DNA of 64,000 bases from a virus, in IMG/VR virus record IMGVR_UViG_3300042013_000056, positions 32,001 to 96,000 of that record. One strand, 5' to 3'. The position numbers and the translations under genes were made by a program. The notes beneath the pieces are model-generated. The model saw only the letters and a list, made by a program, of their open reading frames with translations. It did no database searches and was not told where the DNA came from. Below, piece by piece: positions 25,459 to 34,091 of this stretch (its first letter is position 1; every line of letters starts with the position of its first letter).

Positions 25459-25937
25459 AACACTTTCACCGCGCCGGGGGTACAAACATCCTATAAGGAG
25501 GAACCCAATATTAGAACAATTAGAAAATCACAATCGCATCACAATAATTTTATATGAATATGATGATATTGCTGGATTCAATGGTTTTGTGGTGATTTAT
25601 TGCTGAGATTTGGAATACACCACAACATCAACCAAATTGATTAAACCATTGATTTGTATGGGTTGGATCGATAATAGATAGGAGAATTTGGTTGATGATC
25701 AATAGAAAGTAATAAAAAGACAATATGATGATTTGGATGATATTTTGTGGTTAAAAATTGAACAATAAATAAGCTCAATTTTGGGTGGTCATTTTGTTGG
25801 TCCTACTCGACTCGTCATCATCCTATTTGTATCAATCATATTGAATTGCATCAAACCACCAACAATTTATCAAACCACGCGATAAAATCCTGTCAGCCTC
25901 GGAGGTCAACAGCAGATTATCGCGTCATTTGTATCAT

Positions 25938-26297
25938 TCAAGCAATAACAGAATGTTCAGCATCAGACAGGAACGCAAACAGTTCCCCATAGGTTGGGAT
26001 GATTTGACGTGCTACCGCTGGAACGTTGATAACCCCAGAAATATAACGACCATCAGTCTCATATGCATGACTGATGATATCGTTAGCGAGGTCGCAAAGT
26101 TCGATATCATCGTACACGCCAACGGTTTTACCGTATGCACCGATAGCACACGCCTTGTAACCGTTCACATGGTCGATGCGTTGATCAGGGTCTTGCTTAG
26201 CTACGAACGCCTTGAACGCTTCCAGATGGTTAACAGCTTGAGCTGTATCAGCACCACTAGGAATGGTTTGAGTGGTTGTATCATTGTTTGGTGTCAT
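25938..26297 (-). CDS. Hypothetical protein
   Basis: Start moved to ATG 26297 after AGGAA; promoter at about 26338-26365. Confidence 0.68.
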   Translation of the reverse strand: MTPNNDTTTQTIPSGADTAQAVNHLEAFKAFVAKQDPDQRIDHVNGYKACAIGAYGKTVGVYDDIELCDLANDIISHAYETDGRYISGVINVPAVARQIIPTYGELFAFLSDAEHSVIA

Positions 26298-26371
26298 GGT
26301 TCGAATGTTCCTATATGGTTTAGTTACTCTAGACCGCAATAATACACCAACAGAACAGAATTGCAAGCAAT

Positions 26372-26394
26372 AAAAAAGCCCCCGAAGGGGCTTT
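26372..26394 (-). terminator. Intrinsic terminator (UUCG loop)
   Basis: Minus strand GCCCC-UUCG-GGGGC-UUUUUU. Confidence 0.82.
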
Positions 26395-26438
26395 ACATCT
26401 TAGATCAATCGGCTATAGTTACAGCCGGATCAGGTGTT

Positions 26439-26900
26439 TCAGATACCAACGTCGAACGCGACTGGTTTGTAAACGATTTCACGCGCACCGGGGGATGTTT
26501 GGAACTTTTCAGCCCAGCGAACCAGAGTCACGTCAGTCAAGGCATTGATTGCGTTTCGGACTTGGATTTTGTCCTTGCCCAGAAACTTGGTCATGGTGTT
26601 GACCGTGAACAGTCCAGCATCATCAGAAGTTGCCCATTGGTTGATCTGTTCCCGGATAGCCAACTGTTCAGGGCTAGCAGTACGACCGCCAGAAGACGTG
26701 GTAGACCGTTTGGCCGCTGGTGATGCATTAACCGGGGCATTGGCTGCATTCACAGCGTTAGCCAGATTAACACTGGTCAGGTCAACACCAGCACCGGACA
26801 ACATCGCTTTGGCCTTTTCCAATGCATCTTGGGCGAGATTCAAAGCAGTCAGAGCGTTAGTAGCAAGGTCTTTGGTTTGTGCAGCGTTCAGAGTAGTCAT
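26439..26900 (-). CDS. Putative winged-helix DNA-binding protein (paralog of 6536..7057)
   Basis: N-terminal coiled coil, S/T-rich linker, FTVNTM...VRNAI...LV...PGAREIVYK. Confidence 0.55.
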   Translation of the reverse strand: MTTLNAAQTKDLATNALTALNLAQDALEKAKAMLSGAGVDLTSVNLANAVNAANAPVNASPAAKRSTTSSGGRTASPEQLAIREQINQWATSDDAGLFTVNTMTKFLGKDKIQVRNAINALTDVTLVRWAEKFQTSPGAREIVYKPVAFDVGI

Positions 26901-27124
26901 GATGCTTTCCTTTCGATTAGTTTGGTTTTAAGCGTTTTCGTTCGCTTGAGCCCATTATAGGTATTGACAAACAGAACACAAGCATTCCAATCGAAGTTTT
27001 TTCACATCCCCTATTGACCATTGCAAATCAATAGGTTAGGCATTACCGTTCGTCGCTTTGGGTCTAGAATCAATTCAACACCCAATAAAAAACCCCGGTT
27101 TCCCGAGGCTTTCTAACCACTATG

Positions 27125-27496
27125 TCACTTGTCAAAGGTCACTATACAAACCAACCTGTCATAGCTGTAACCATCTACCCTAGCCCGATTGATTGCGTCA
27201 ACCTCCGCAACCGCATCCGTCATCGTCTCAACCTCATACGTTAGTTCTACAGGTTCGCCCCACTTCCTATGATGTATCGGCCTGCATTCGATTGTGACCC
27301 GCTTAAACGTGCGTCTGGGGCGTTCTAGCTTCGGGGCTGGACTCTTAGGTATTAATGGACCTTTAACGTGTTTACGCATCCGCTTATCACGTTTGGCTTT
27401 GCGTCTAGCCTCCTGTGCATCTTCCTTTTGAGCTTTCGCGTGTGCCTCTAAGTTGGCCCATGCTTTTATCTCAGCTTCCAAATCCTTATAAGACAT
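27125..27496 (-). CDS. Hypothetical basic protein
   Basis: GGGGG before ATG 27496; terminator at about 27086-27112. Confidence 0.65.
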   Translation of the reverse strand: MSYKDLEAEIKAWANLEAHAKAQKEDAQEARRKAKRDKRMRKHVKGPLIPKSPAPKLERPRRTFKRVTIECRPIHHRKWGEPVELTYEVETMTDAVAEVDAINRARVDGYSYDRLVCIVTFDK

Positions 27497-27583
27497 GCTA
27501 ACCCCCATCAGGGCCGAACCATTCAGCCCTTCCGCGCATCCTATATACCAATCAATATGCTGTCAACCATTTGTATCATTCCG

Positions 27584-27817
27584 CTATATAGGAATACCGT
27601 CCTCATCAACACTAACCCACGGTTCACCATACATAGCTATCACATCAGCTTGAGCAAGGGTCGCACACTGTACATAGTCATTCCCTAACGCTCTGTAATG
27701 GTCCATACGACGTGCGCGGTATGATGCAACCTCTATGCCTAGGCTAATAGAACCATAACCCTTCGGCGGGTTGCGTGGTGATGCTGCATAGGTGTTGACT
27801 AGTGTTTGAATGTTCAT
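27584..27817 (-). CDS. Hypothetical protein, first gene of the early array
   Basis: AAGGAA RBS, CACCAACC leader. Confidence 0.68.
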   Translation of the reverse strand: MNIQTLVNTYAASPRNPPKGYGSISLGIEVASYRARRMDHYRALGNDYVQCATLAQADVIAMYGEPWVSVDEDGIPI

Positions 27818-28030
27818 GTGTTCTATTCCTTATGCATTGGTGTAGTGGGTTGGTGTGAGTGATCATTCTATATGATACAAATGGTTTGATGCAAATAGAA
27901 TGATACAAATACTAGTGATGGTTTGTATCATTGCTATAAGAGGTTGTATCAATCGATATGGTGTGCTAGTCATCGTCGATAGCATGGGTGCATGATCTAG
28001 TGTTGGGTGATTGATACAAATGATTGGACA

Positions 28031-28057
28031 GGGGTGGCGGGGGGTAGGGGGAGGGGG
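28031..28057 (+). other. Putative G-quadruplex motif
   Basis: GGGGtGGcGGGGGGtaGGGGGaGGGGG. Confidence 0.7.
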
Positions 28058-28362
28058 AAAAACCGGGACTCCGGGCGGGGGTGAGCCGGTTTAGTGGATT
28101 TTGATTTGTTATAGTCATATCAAAAAAATTTTCCGACCATATTTTTCGATCACCAAAATTTTCCTACTACATTTGAAAAATTGCCCGCCCAAAAAAATTC
28201 GCCGCCCAAAATTTTCAACTACAAACTTTTCTACTACCACCCACTACCATCTGACGATTCTACACCACAACCAATAATTGATCCCAGTATTTTCCATTTT
28301 CTGAATCACCACATCAAGGTTATAGCTCGGCGGGTGGGAACGGGATGGTTCGATCACTTCCA

Positions 28363-28560
28363 TTATTCAGAATCCACGTATTTTTGCCATAGCTCGGCTG
28401 CCACTTGTTTAGGGATTTTCTTCTGGTCCATATATGCATGAACCTTTTCATCGGTGTCATGACCATAAATGTCAGGATGATAGAACCGATAATAGGTACA
28501 TCCCTGTGACATCCAGTTTTTAGACGCTTCGGCTTCTTTCCGCATTTCATCCCGAATCAT
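28363..28560 (-). CDS. Hypothetical protein
   Basis: 65-aa co-oriented ORF. Confidence 0.55.
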   Translation of the reverse strand: MIRDEMRKEAEASKNWMSQGCTYYRFYHPDIYGHDTDEKVHAYMDQKKIPKQVAAELWQKYVDSE

Positions 28561-28563
28561 ATC

Positions 28564-28593
28564 ATTCAGGAATTCAGGAATTCAGGAATTCAG
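28564..28593. repeat. 8-bp tandem repeat (ATTCAGGA) x3.75
   Basis: Read directly. Confidence 0.9.
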
Positions 28594-28620
28594 CCCGTTC
28601 GGCGGCTGTTAGGATATGAG

Positions 28621-28845
28621 TCATGCCCCTGCCCCTATTTCCCAACCCATAATAGCTTTCTGAAATCCCGGCTTGGCATCATCAAACTTCATTGTGAACT
28701 TTGGACCCCTTGCCCCACAATCATGACATTCCACCCAACATCTACCCAAATGGTAATTAGGGGATGATTTACCTTTACAGAATGGGCATTTGGGTAATAC
28801 AGGATATAATACTTCGATATCCGCTAAATCATCACCTGCACTCAT
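28621..28845 (-). CDS. Lar-family (restriction alleviation) Zn-finger protein
   Basis: KCPFCKG...VECHDCGARGP...AI.GW. Confidence 0.62.
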   Translation of the reverse strand: MSAGDDLADIEVLYPVLPKCPFCKGKSSPNYHLGRCWVECHDCGARGPKFTMKFDDAKPGFQKAIMGWEIGAGA

Positions 28846-29017
28846 TTAATCAATTTTCCTTCACTATCCAGATATTGTGGGCCGGTGATGGTCTTGGTCC
28901 GACCACATTTGATGCATTGGATATCTTTGTAAGTCCACAAAGGAATCCCGAAGAAACATGCATTCCATGTCTGAATCTGCTTATACCGATGGTCGCAGGT
29001 AAACCGGGAGAAGAATT

Positions 29018-29218
29018 TCATTCACCCACCAATGCATCAGGGTCTTTCAGCTTATGGATTTCATCAAGGTAATCCAGTGGTTTACTAGATGGAAACCACT
29101 CATGCCTACCCATCATAAAGTTTTCAAGGGTTTCATCACCACGACGATAAAACAACTTATCATGGGAATCATCGGTATAGACACAATGAGTAGCACCCTT
29201 TGGATATTTTCTGATCAT
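29018..29218 (-). CDS. Hypothetical protein
   Basis: P.GATH motif, co-oriented. Confidence 0.6.
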   Translation of the reverse strand: MIRKYPKGATHCVYTDDSHDKLFYRRGDETLENFMMGRHEWFPSSKPLDYLDEIHKLKDPDALVGE

Positions 29219-29360
29219 TTCTTTAGCCTCTTGTTGCCCATACGGGATTTACACACCGGACATTTACTACCAATACCAACCAGAGCTTTGTCACACGCAA
29301 GACAATACCCTTTACCCAATTTTGGCTTTCTAGCCCGAATTCGATTGACCCCCATATCAT

Positions 29361-29834
29361 TTACCAATTCTTGTAAGGATGTTGTATCAAATTGGAGTTG
29401 TAGTATTTGGGGTCGCCGGTGACTTCTTTGGTGACCCAGCGTGGCAGGGTAATCAATTCTGTTTCGGAAGTCAATTCGATTTCAGCTACAACCAAACCTT
29501 CATTGTCACCATGGAATGCATCAATCTCCCAAACCTTGCCATCAACCAAAACCGTACACCGGGTCTTGCTGATTACCCCTACGCACAGCTTGAGCATTTG
29601 TTGTGCGTCGTACTGGGTGATTTCTCTTTCCCATTCGAACCGGGACAACCCATTCTCAGACGATTTACCCTTGACGGTCATGAAGCCTTTCAAACCAGCC
29701 AACCGAATACGAACGGTTCTTTCTGGGTCAAGGTTCAAATAGCCTTGGGTGATTTCCTCTGATACTTTATTCCAATACAAAGTATCGAGGAATAAGGTTG
29801 TATCAATCAAAAATTTACGTTCGATTTCCATCAT
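29361..29834 (-). CDS. CYTH / triphosphate tunnel metalloenzyme
   Basis: EIERKFL, ITQGYL, TVRIR, TVKG, R.EWE, KTR, WEIDAF, VAEIEL, EVT.DPKYYN. Confidence 0.9.
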   Translation of the reverse strand: MMEIERKFLIDTTLFLDTLYWNKVSEEITQGYLNLDPERTVRIRLAGLKGFMTVKGKSSENGLSRFEWEREITQYDAQQMLKLCVGVISKTRCTVLVDGKVWEIDAFHGDNEGLVVAEIELTSETELITLPRWVTKEVTGDPKYYNSNLIQHPYKNW

Positions 29835-30118
29835 TTGGCCTGAGCCTCCATGAGTTTGTCACACAACAAAATAGCTTCGGCAACCATTTGATCGCGTAAT
29901 GCCACAGGATCGATTTTCCGGCAATAGGAAGCATCACACGATTTCTTGCCCTTCTTATCAATCCGGGTGTAATAGATCAGAGGCGTACTACCAGCACGCG
30001 GCATGACCAAATCGACTTTCCAATAACCTTTGTGGTAACCAGTAACGATATCCCCGGCTTTGATCGTGGGGTCGTATTTGAGGGTTATGCCGTTGGAACA
30101 AATAATCTCAGCAATCAT
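29831..30118 (-). CDS. Hypothetical protein
   Basis: ATGA-coupled; IKAGDIVTG. Confidence 0.65.
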   Translation of the reverse strand: MIAEIICSNGITLKYDPTIKAGDIVTGYHKGYWKVDLVMPRAGSTPLIYYTRIDKKGKKSCDASYCRKIDPVALRDQMVAEAILLCDKLMEAQAK

Positions 30119-30486
30119 TGGAATTCCACCCACTCGGCATTTTTCCGTAATTCTTTCAGTTCTGTTTTAAGGGTTTCGATTTGCTTGGATTGGTCTGCGA
30201 TAACCGTACCGTGGTAATGTTCGTCTTTAGCAAGGTTTTCATTCAAAGCCCCGATGGTCAAATTCATATCATTGAGATTTTTACGCATTTCAGCGGTTTC
30301 TTTGATATGTTCCAAAGTCATTTGCTTACGGACTTCGGAAACCTGATCATCCACAAACACATCAACTGCATCAGCCTTGACCCATTTACCTTCTTCGGAT
30401 TCTTTAATTGATAGAACCCCTACATAACAAGGCTCGCCCCAACTGGTGGTATAGTCAGCGTAAGCCGAAATGTCGTATTTAATCAT
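30115..30486 (-). CDS. Hypothetical coiled-coil protein
   Basis: ATGA-coupled. Confidence 0.68.
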   Translation of the reverse strand: MIKYDISAYADYTTSWGEPCYVGVLSIKESEEGKWVKADAVDVFVDDQVSEVRKQMTLEHIKETAEMRKNLNDMNLTIGALNENLAKDEHYHGTVIADQSKQIETLKTELKELRKNAEWVEFQ

Positions 30487-30728
30487 TTGCAGGTCTTTAC
30501 CGTTGAATCTGTATTGAATGCCGGGACTACAATCGCAGAACGATCATATGTCGAGAAGTAATACACCACACCATTCTTACAGACTTCACCCGCCTGATCC
30601 ATGTAGGCTTGCCCACGATGTGTAAAATACGACGCTACTTCGCCATTGGAACGCTGTTCACATCCAGACATCAATGCCGCACATACAGCCGACATACACA
30701 GCAAGAAACAGATTTGCCAAGTTTTCAT
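30483..30728 (-). CDS. Putative lipoprotein
   Basis: Hydrophobic leader + lipobox-like MSGC; C..GV.YY motif. Confidence 0.65.
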   Translation of the reverse strand: MKTWQICFLLCMSAVCAALMSGCEQRSNGEVASYFTHRGQAYMDQAGEVCKNGVVYYFSTYDRSAIVVPAFNTDSTVKTCK

Positions 30729-30767
30729 TTTAAAATCTTCCCGATATTGAGCGATTATTGATTTGGT

Positions 30768-31067
30768 TCATGGAGACTCGATGAACCGATTAATCATGTC
30801 ATTTGCACGACCCAACGATTCCCGAAGCTTTTTGATTTGATTATGCATCGTGATAGATTGTTCTTGCAGCATTTTGATGGTAAGCCGATCCAATACTGCT
30901 TGATTACGCAGGTCAAGGATCGATTGATTTGGATCAAATTCACTAAGCTGAAAACCATCTGGGAAGTTTTCAATATCCCAGTCACCAACCGAAACCACTT
31001 TGACGGTTTCAGGTAAGCCATCGGAACCTAAAGGCCCATGTTTGATTTCAAATAATGGGTAGTTCAT
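30768..31067 (-). CDS. Hypothetical protein
   Basis: Start moved to ATG 31067. Confidence 0.6.
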   Translation of the reverse strand: MNYPLFEIKHGPLGSDGLPETVKVVSVGDWDIENFPDGFQLSEFDPNQSILDLRNQAVLDRLTIKMLQEQSITMHNQIKKLRESLGRANDMINRFIESP

Positions 31068-31164
31068 TTGAACGCCTTGAACTTGTTGATGAACGAAATG
31101 ACCTTGTAACCGATCCAACCAATAGCCGCTAACAGAACCAGAATAATACCGCAAAGGATATAGG

Positions 31165-31347
31165 TCATTTTTCAGTGCAACTCGTCATGACCGCAACTGG
31201 TAAGGTGTTCCAGTCAGCGGCAACGGTGAACTTTTGATGCAAAACCATTTCTGCTTTATTACATGCATCTTGACTTTCGTATTCCTTGGATTCCAAGGTA
31301 ACGCCGTGGGGTGTTGATAACGCCACCCACAAGATAAAGATTTTCAT
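31165..31347 (-). CDS. Small secreted/periplasmic protein
   Basis: Signal-like N-terminus, two Cys. Confidence 0.6.
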   Translation of the reverse strand: MKIFILWVALSTPHGVTLESKEYESQDACNKAEMVLHQKFTVAADWNTLPVAVMTSCTEK

Positions 31348-31544
31348 TGAACCACCAATTGAAGTTGCCATGGGAACTTAACCCATACCAAATAAGAGAA
31401 CCAACAAGCCATTGCCAATGGAATTACCCAGAAAGGTGATACCTTCCCGGTGAAGGCAAACATGCAATATACACCACCGATAGTTGCGAACCAGAGATAC
31501 CCGGCGATCACTACCAGAACCAGCCAACCAAGTACGATCAACAT
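31344..31544 (-). CDS. Small two-TM protein
   Basis: Hydrophobic. Confidence 0.62.
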   Translation of the reverse strand: MLIVLGWLVLVVIAGYLWFATIGGVYCMFAFTGKVSPFWVIPLAMACWFSYLVWVKFPWQLQLVVQ

Positions 31545-31774
31545 TCTTCCACCACTTCGATTTGATAATTGCGAGGTTGGCCTGAAATTGCTTCGTACAG
31601 GTATTCGATTACCTTTTGGGCATCTTCCATGGTAGGTGTTGACCCGGCAGCACTTGGAATCGTCCCGTCCTTATTACCTTGGAACCCAATACCAGCCAAT
31701 GGGTTTTCATTCCCAATGCTGGTCAGGTACATTTTGTTTCCGTCTTTGTTGACGTAATAGATGTAATATGCCAT
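31538..31774 (-). CDS. Hypothetical protein
   Basis: Packed operon ORF. Confidence 0.65.
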   Translation of the reverse strand: MAYYIYYVNKDGNKMYLTSIGNENPLAGIGFQGNKDGTIPSAAGSTPTMEDAQKVIEYLYEAISGQPRNYQIEVVEEC

Positions 31775-31969
31775 TTACACCACAACCTGTTTGATTTCGA
31801 TTAAAATGATTTCGAATTTATCATCCATGAACCAATCTTCACCGTAAGCATGTTCAAGTTCTTTTGCACATGCGTCACGATTCTTGTTCATGCTGAATAC
31901 CATGATGTCATCATTTTCTTTGTGATGACCAACCCAGTATTTCGGGGAAAAATTTTGATTTGGTGTCAT
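31775..31969 (-). CDS. Hypothetical protein
   Basis: Packed operon ORF. Confidence 0.65.
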   Translation of the reverse strand: MTPNQNFSPKYWVGHHKENDDIMVFSMNKNRDACAKELEHAYGEDWFMDDKFEIILIEIKQVVV

Positions 31970-32169
31970 TACAGGACTTCTTCCCGCTGGGTGTCGTAGT
32001 CGTCTTTGTAGTCGCGAAAGATCACCGCCATTTCGTCGTCAGACAATTCGTACTTGTCGATAGCCCACTGCGCAGCACCACGATATTCATCATGGGAGTA
32101 AACCTTTGTATCATTGACAATCACTTCAACATGACCGTTAGCAAAGTTCTCACGGAATTTGATGTTCAT
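31969..32169 (-). CDS. Hypothetical acidic protein
   Basis: Packed operon ORF. Confidence 0.65.
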   Translation of the reverse strand: MNIKFRENFANGHVEVIVNDTKVYSHDEYRGAAQWAIDKYELSDDEMAVIFRDYKDDYDTQREEVL

Positions 32170-32234
32170 TTATATCATACCAGTTGGGTTAAGTGGAAAT
32201 ATTCTAGCAGTATTAAAACAGAACTGCCAGAATA

Positions 32235-32627
32235 TTAGGCGATGTAGACCAAGCCGTGGTTGATCGCGAAGTTTTTCAGTTCAAGTTCCCAATCATCCGG
32301 TGCGCAACTGTCATGAATGTTTTGCAAATTGATAATGAGATTTTCATGACGATGTTCGGGGATCAACCCACGTTTGACAAGACTGCTCCAATTAGAGCCG
32401 TAGGAAATATTGTTGATATACCCGGCCCGATCCATTTCCTGCTTGTATTCGTCGTCACCAATCAGACAACCAGCCGCACATTTCAACTTGCCGTCTTCAC
32501 CACCACGATAGGCGCATTGGGAAGTGGCCAGTGTTTTGCATTGTTGATTCTGTTTCAACAGGTGAGCCGTAACCTGATCGAAGATTTGTTGTGGGGTTGC
32601 GTCGTTCAAGGTAGCCAAAGTAATCAT
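32235..32627 (-). CDS. Conserved phage hypothetical (C.Y...G.KCA.GCLI), paralog of 50025..50432
   Basis: HLLKQ...CAYRGG..KCAAGCLI. Confidence 0.72.
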   Translation of the reverse strand: MITLATLNDATPQQIFDQVTAHLLKQNQQCKTLATSQCAYRGGEDGKLKCAAGCLIGDDEYKQEMDRAGYINNISYGSNWSSLVKRGLIPEHRHENLIINLQNIHDSCAPDDWELELKNFAINHGLVYIA

Positions 32628-32632
32628 TTATA

Positions 32633-32836
32633 TCAATCCCATGGAAGGTCTGGTTGAATTTTCGCATCTTCGGCCTTTTGTTTTTGCCGATAAATTGCAC
32701 GTTGAATATATTTGTTGTGTTCTATTAGCTTGTTGACCAACCGAACGCGGTAGGCACTATACGGTAAAACCTCATCGTATGTATAGAACTGATTGATAGC
32801 TGCTACGATATCTTCACTGAGTTGTTCGAGGTTCAT
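32633..32836 (-). CDS. Hypothetical protein
   Basis: Co-oriented ORF. Confidence 0.58.
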   Translation of the reverse strand: MNLEQLSEDIVAAINQFYTYDEVLPYSAYRVRLVNKLIEHNKYIQRAIYRQKQKAEDAKIQPDLPWD

Positions 32837-33032
32837 TAATCGTGGTCGCTATCCCAATCTTCTTGGTTGCGGCGACGTTCTGCTAATTCTTCGGCTTCGC
32901 GCCATTCTTGTTCGGTCATTTAATCAAGACTCTTGGTCGGACTGCCACATTTAGGGCAGGTATAGTTCGGCCCCATGAACCGATAGTGTGCCCACCAACC
33001 ACACGCTGTACTGACGCACGCAACGTAATCCA

Positions 33033-33344
33033 TCAATCCCCCAATGGTTTGCAATATTGACCCCAATCGCTTTCTTCTGTTAGAAGCACTGGGTCAATGA
33101 CTTTGAATGGCTCCCCGCGTTCTTGCAGGAATTTAATACCACCAACACAAGGTTTGGTGGGTTCTGCATGGCATGCCCACGTTTTACCGTGGTGTACCCG
33201 CATGTTACGGATGTCCCATGGTTCTGGGAGACACCCGTAGTTCTGTACACGTTCAGATGCTTCTGTCCACGCACACGGGCAGCAGCATTCTGGGTCGTTG
33301 AGGTCACACGTCATCGGTTTGCAACCATTCGGCAAGTCGTTCAA
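33033..33344 (-). CDS. Cys-rich hypothetical protein
   Basis: CCCPC, GCLP, WACH..C. Confidence 0.65.
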   Translation of the reverse strand: MNDLPNGCKPMTCDLNDPECCCPCAWTEASERVQNYGCLPEPWDIRNMRVHHGKTWACHAEPTKPCVGGIKFLQERGEPFKVIDPVLLTEESDWGQYCKPLGD

Positions 33345-33564
33345 ACACTCTGGCTTCCAACATACCGTATACGCCGTAGCACAGTGTCGCCATCAACAGC
33401 ATGAATGAACAGATTGCCAGTGGGAATCCCCAAGCCAATTCCAATTGTGGGGACATGACCATCCCAACCCAACTCAAGATGAATACCAGACCAACGCCAA
33501 TCCATTTATGTTTCGATTTCAGCTTCACAACACAATCTCCGGGGTTTGCGGCAGGTAAGCCCAC
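33304..33564 (-). CDS. Small membrane protein
   Basis: Two hydrophobic segments; true start may be downstream. Confidence 0.55.
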   Translation of the reverse strand: MGLPAANPGDCVVKLKSKHKWIGVGLVFILSWVGMVMSPQLELAWGFPLAICSFMLLMATLCYGVYGMLEARVFERLAEWLQTDDV

Positions 33565-33908
33565 CGAGGGTAACAGACTTTGTACAAGTCCCAGTGAGTC
33601 AATGATACAATCGACCAGCGTTTCTTGCCGACTTCCCAGACGATGATATTACCCCAAGCGTCACACAGCTCGATTTCGGGTTGATATGCACCGTCCGATG
33701 GGTACGTTCCTTGAAGTTTTTCAGATCGGGTTTTATCCAAGCTCATTTGTTTCAGTTTCAACGTTCGAACCATCGCCAACGCATTTTCGAATCGCATAAC
33801 ACGATCAACCAGCTCTTCATTAACCGGTTTGTCGCATTCCGGACATTCTTCCAGATGGCGGAGCGGGTATTGACACCACATGCAAGGCCGAACTTGATTG
33901 GCTGACAT
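33525..33908 (-). CDS. Zn-finger-containing hypothetical protein
   Basis: CMWC ... CPEC. Confidence 0.65.
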   Translation of the reverse strand: MSANQVRPCMWCQYPLRHLEECPECDKPVNEELVDRVMRFENALAMVRTLKLKQMSLDKTRSEKLQGTYPSDGAYQPEIELCDAWGNIIVWEVGKKRWSIVSLTHWDLYKVCYPRWAYLPQTPEIVL

Positions 33909-34091
33909 TCAAACAATCTCATATTTCAATGGAAGGTCGCTGACAGTTGCATCACGCCAAAGGGTGTAATGCGAGAAGTCCATACCTTCACAGTGGTTGT
34001 GTTGGTAGGTGACTTCGATTTGAAGAATCAACTTACCACGCCAATTGGATCGATAACGAAACTTCCCAGTTACGCCGATTTCGTTGCTCAT
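33909..34091 (-). CDS. Small hypothetical protein
   Basis: R.R.NW.GKLILQ...WRDA..D pattern. Confidence 0.62.
   Translation of the reverse strand: MSNEIGVTGKFRYRSNWRGKLILQIEVTYQHNHCEGMDFSHYTLWRDATVSDLPLKYEIV

Noticed and set aside
24500-25460. Extreme A/C-rich strand skew as a signal in itself
   Set aside because: Explained by G/T-rich codons (Val, Leu, Gly, Trp, Phe, Cys) of membrane peptides on the minus strand
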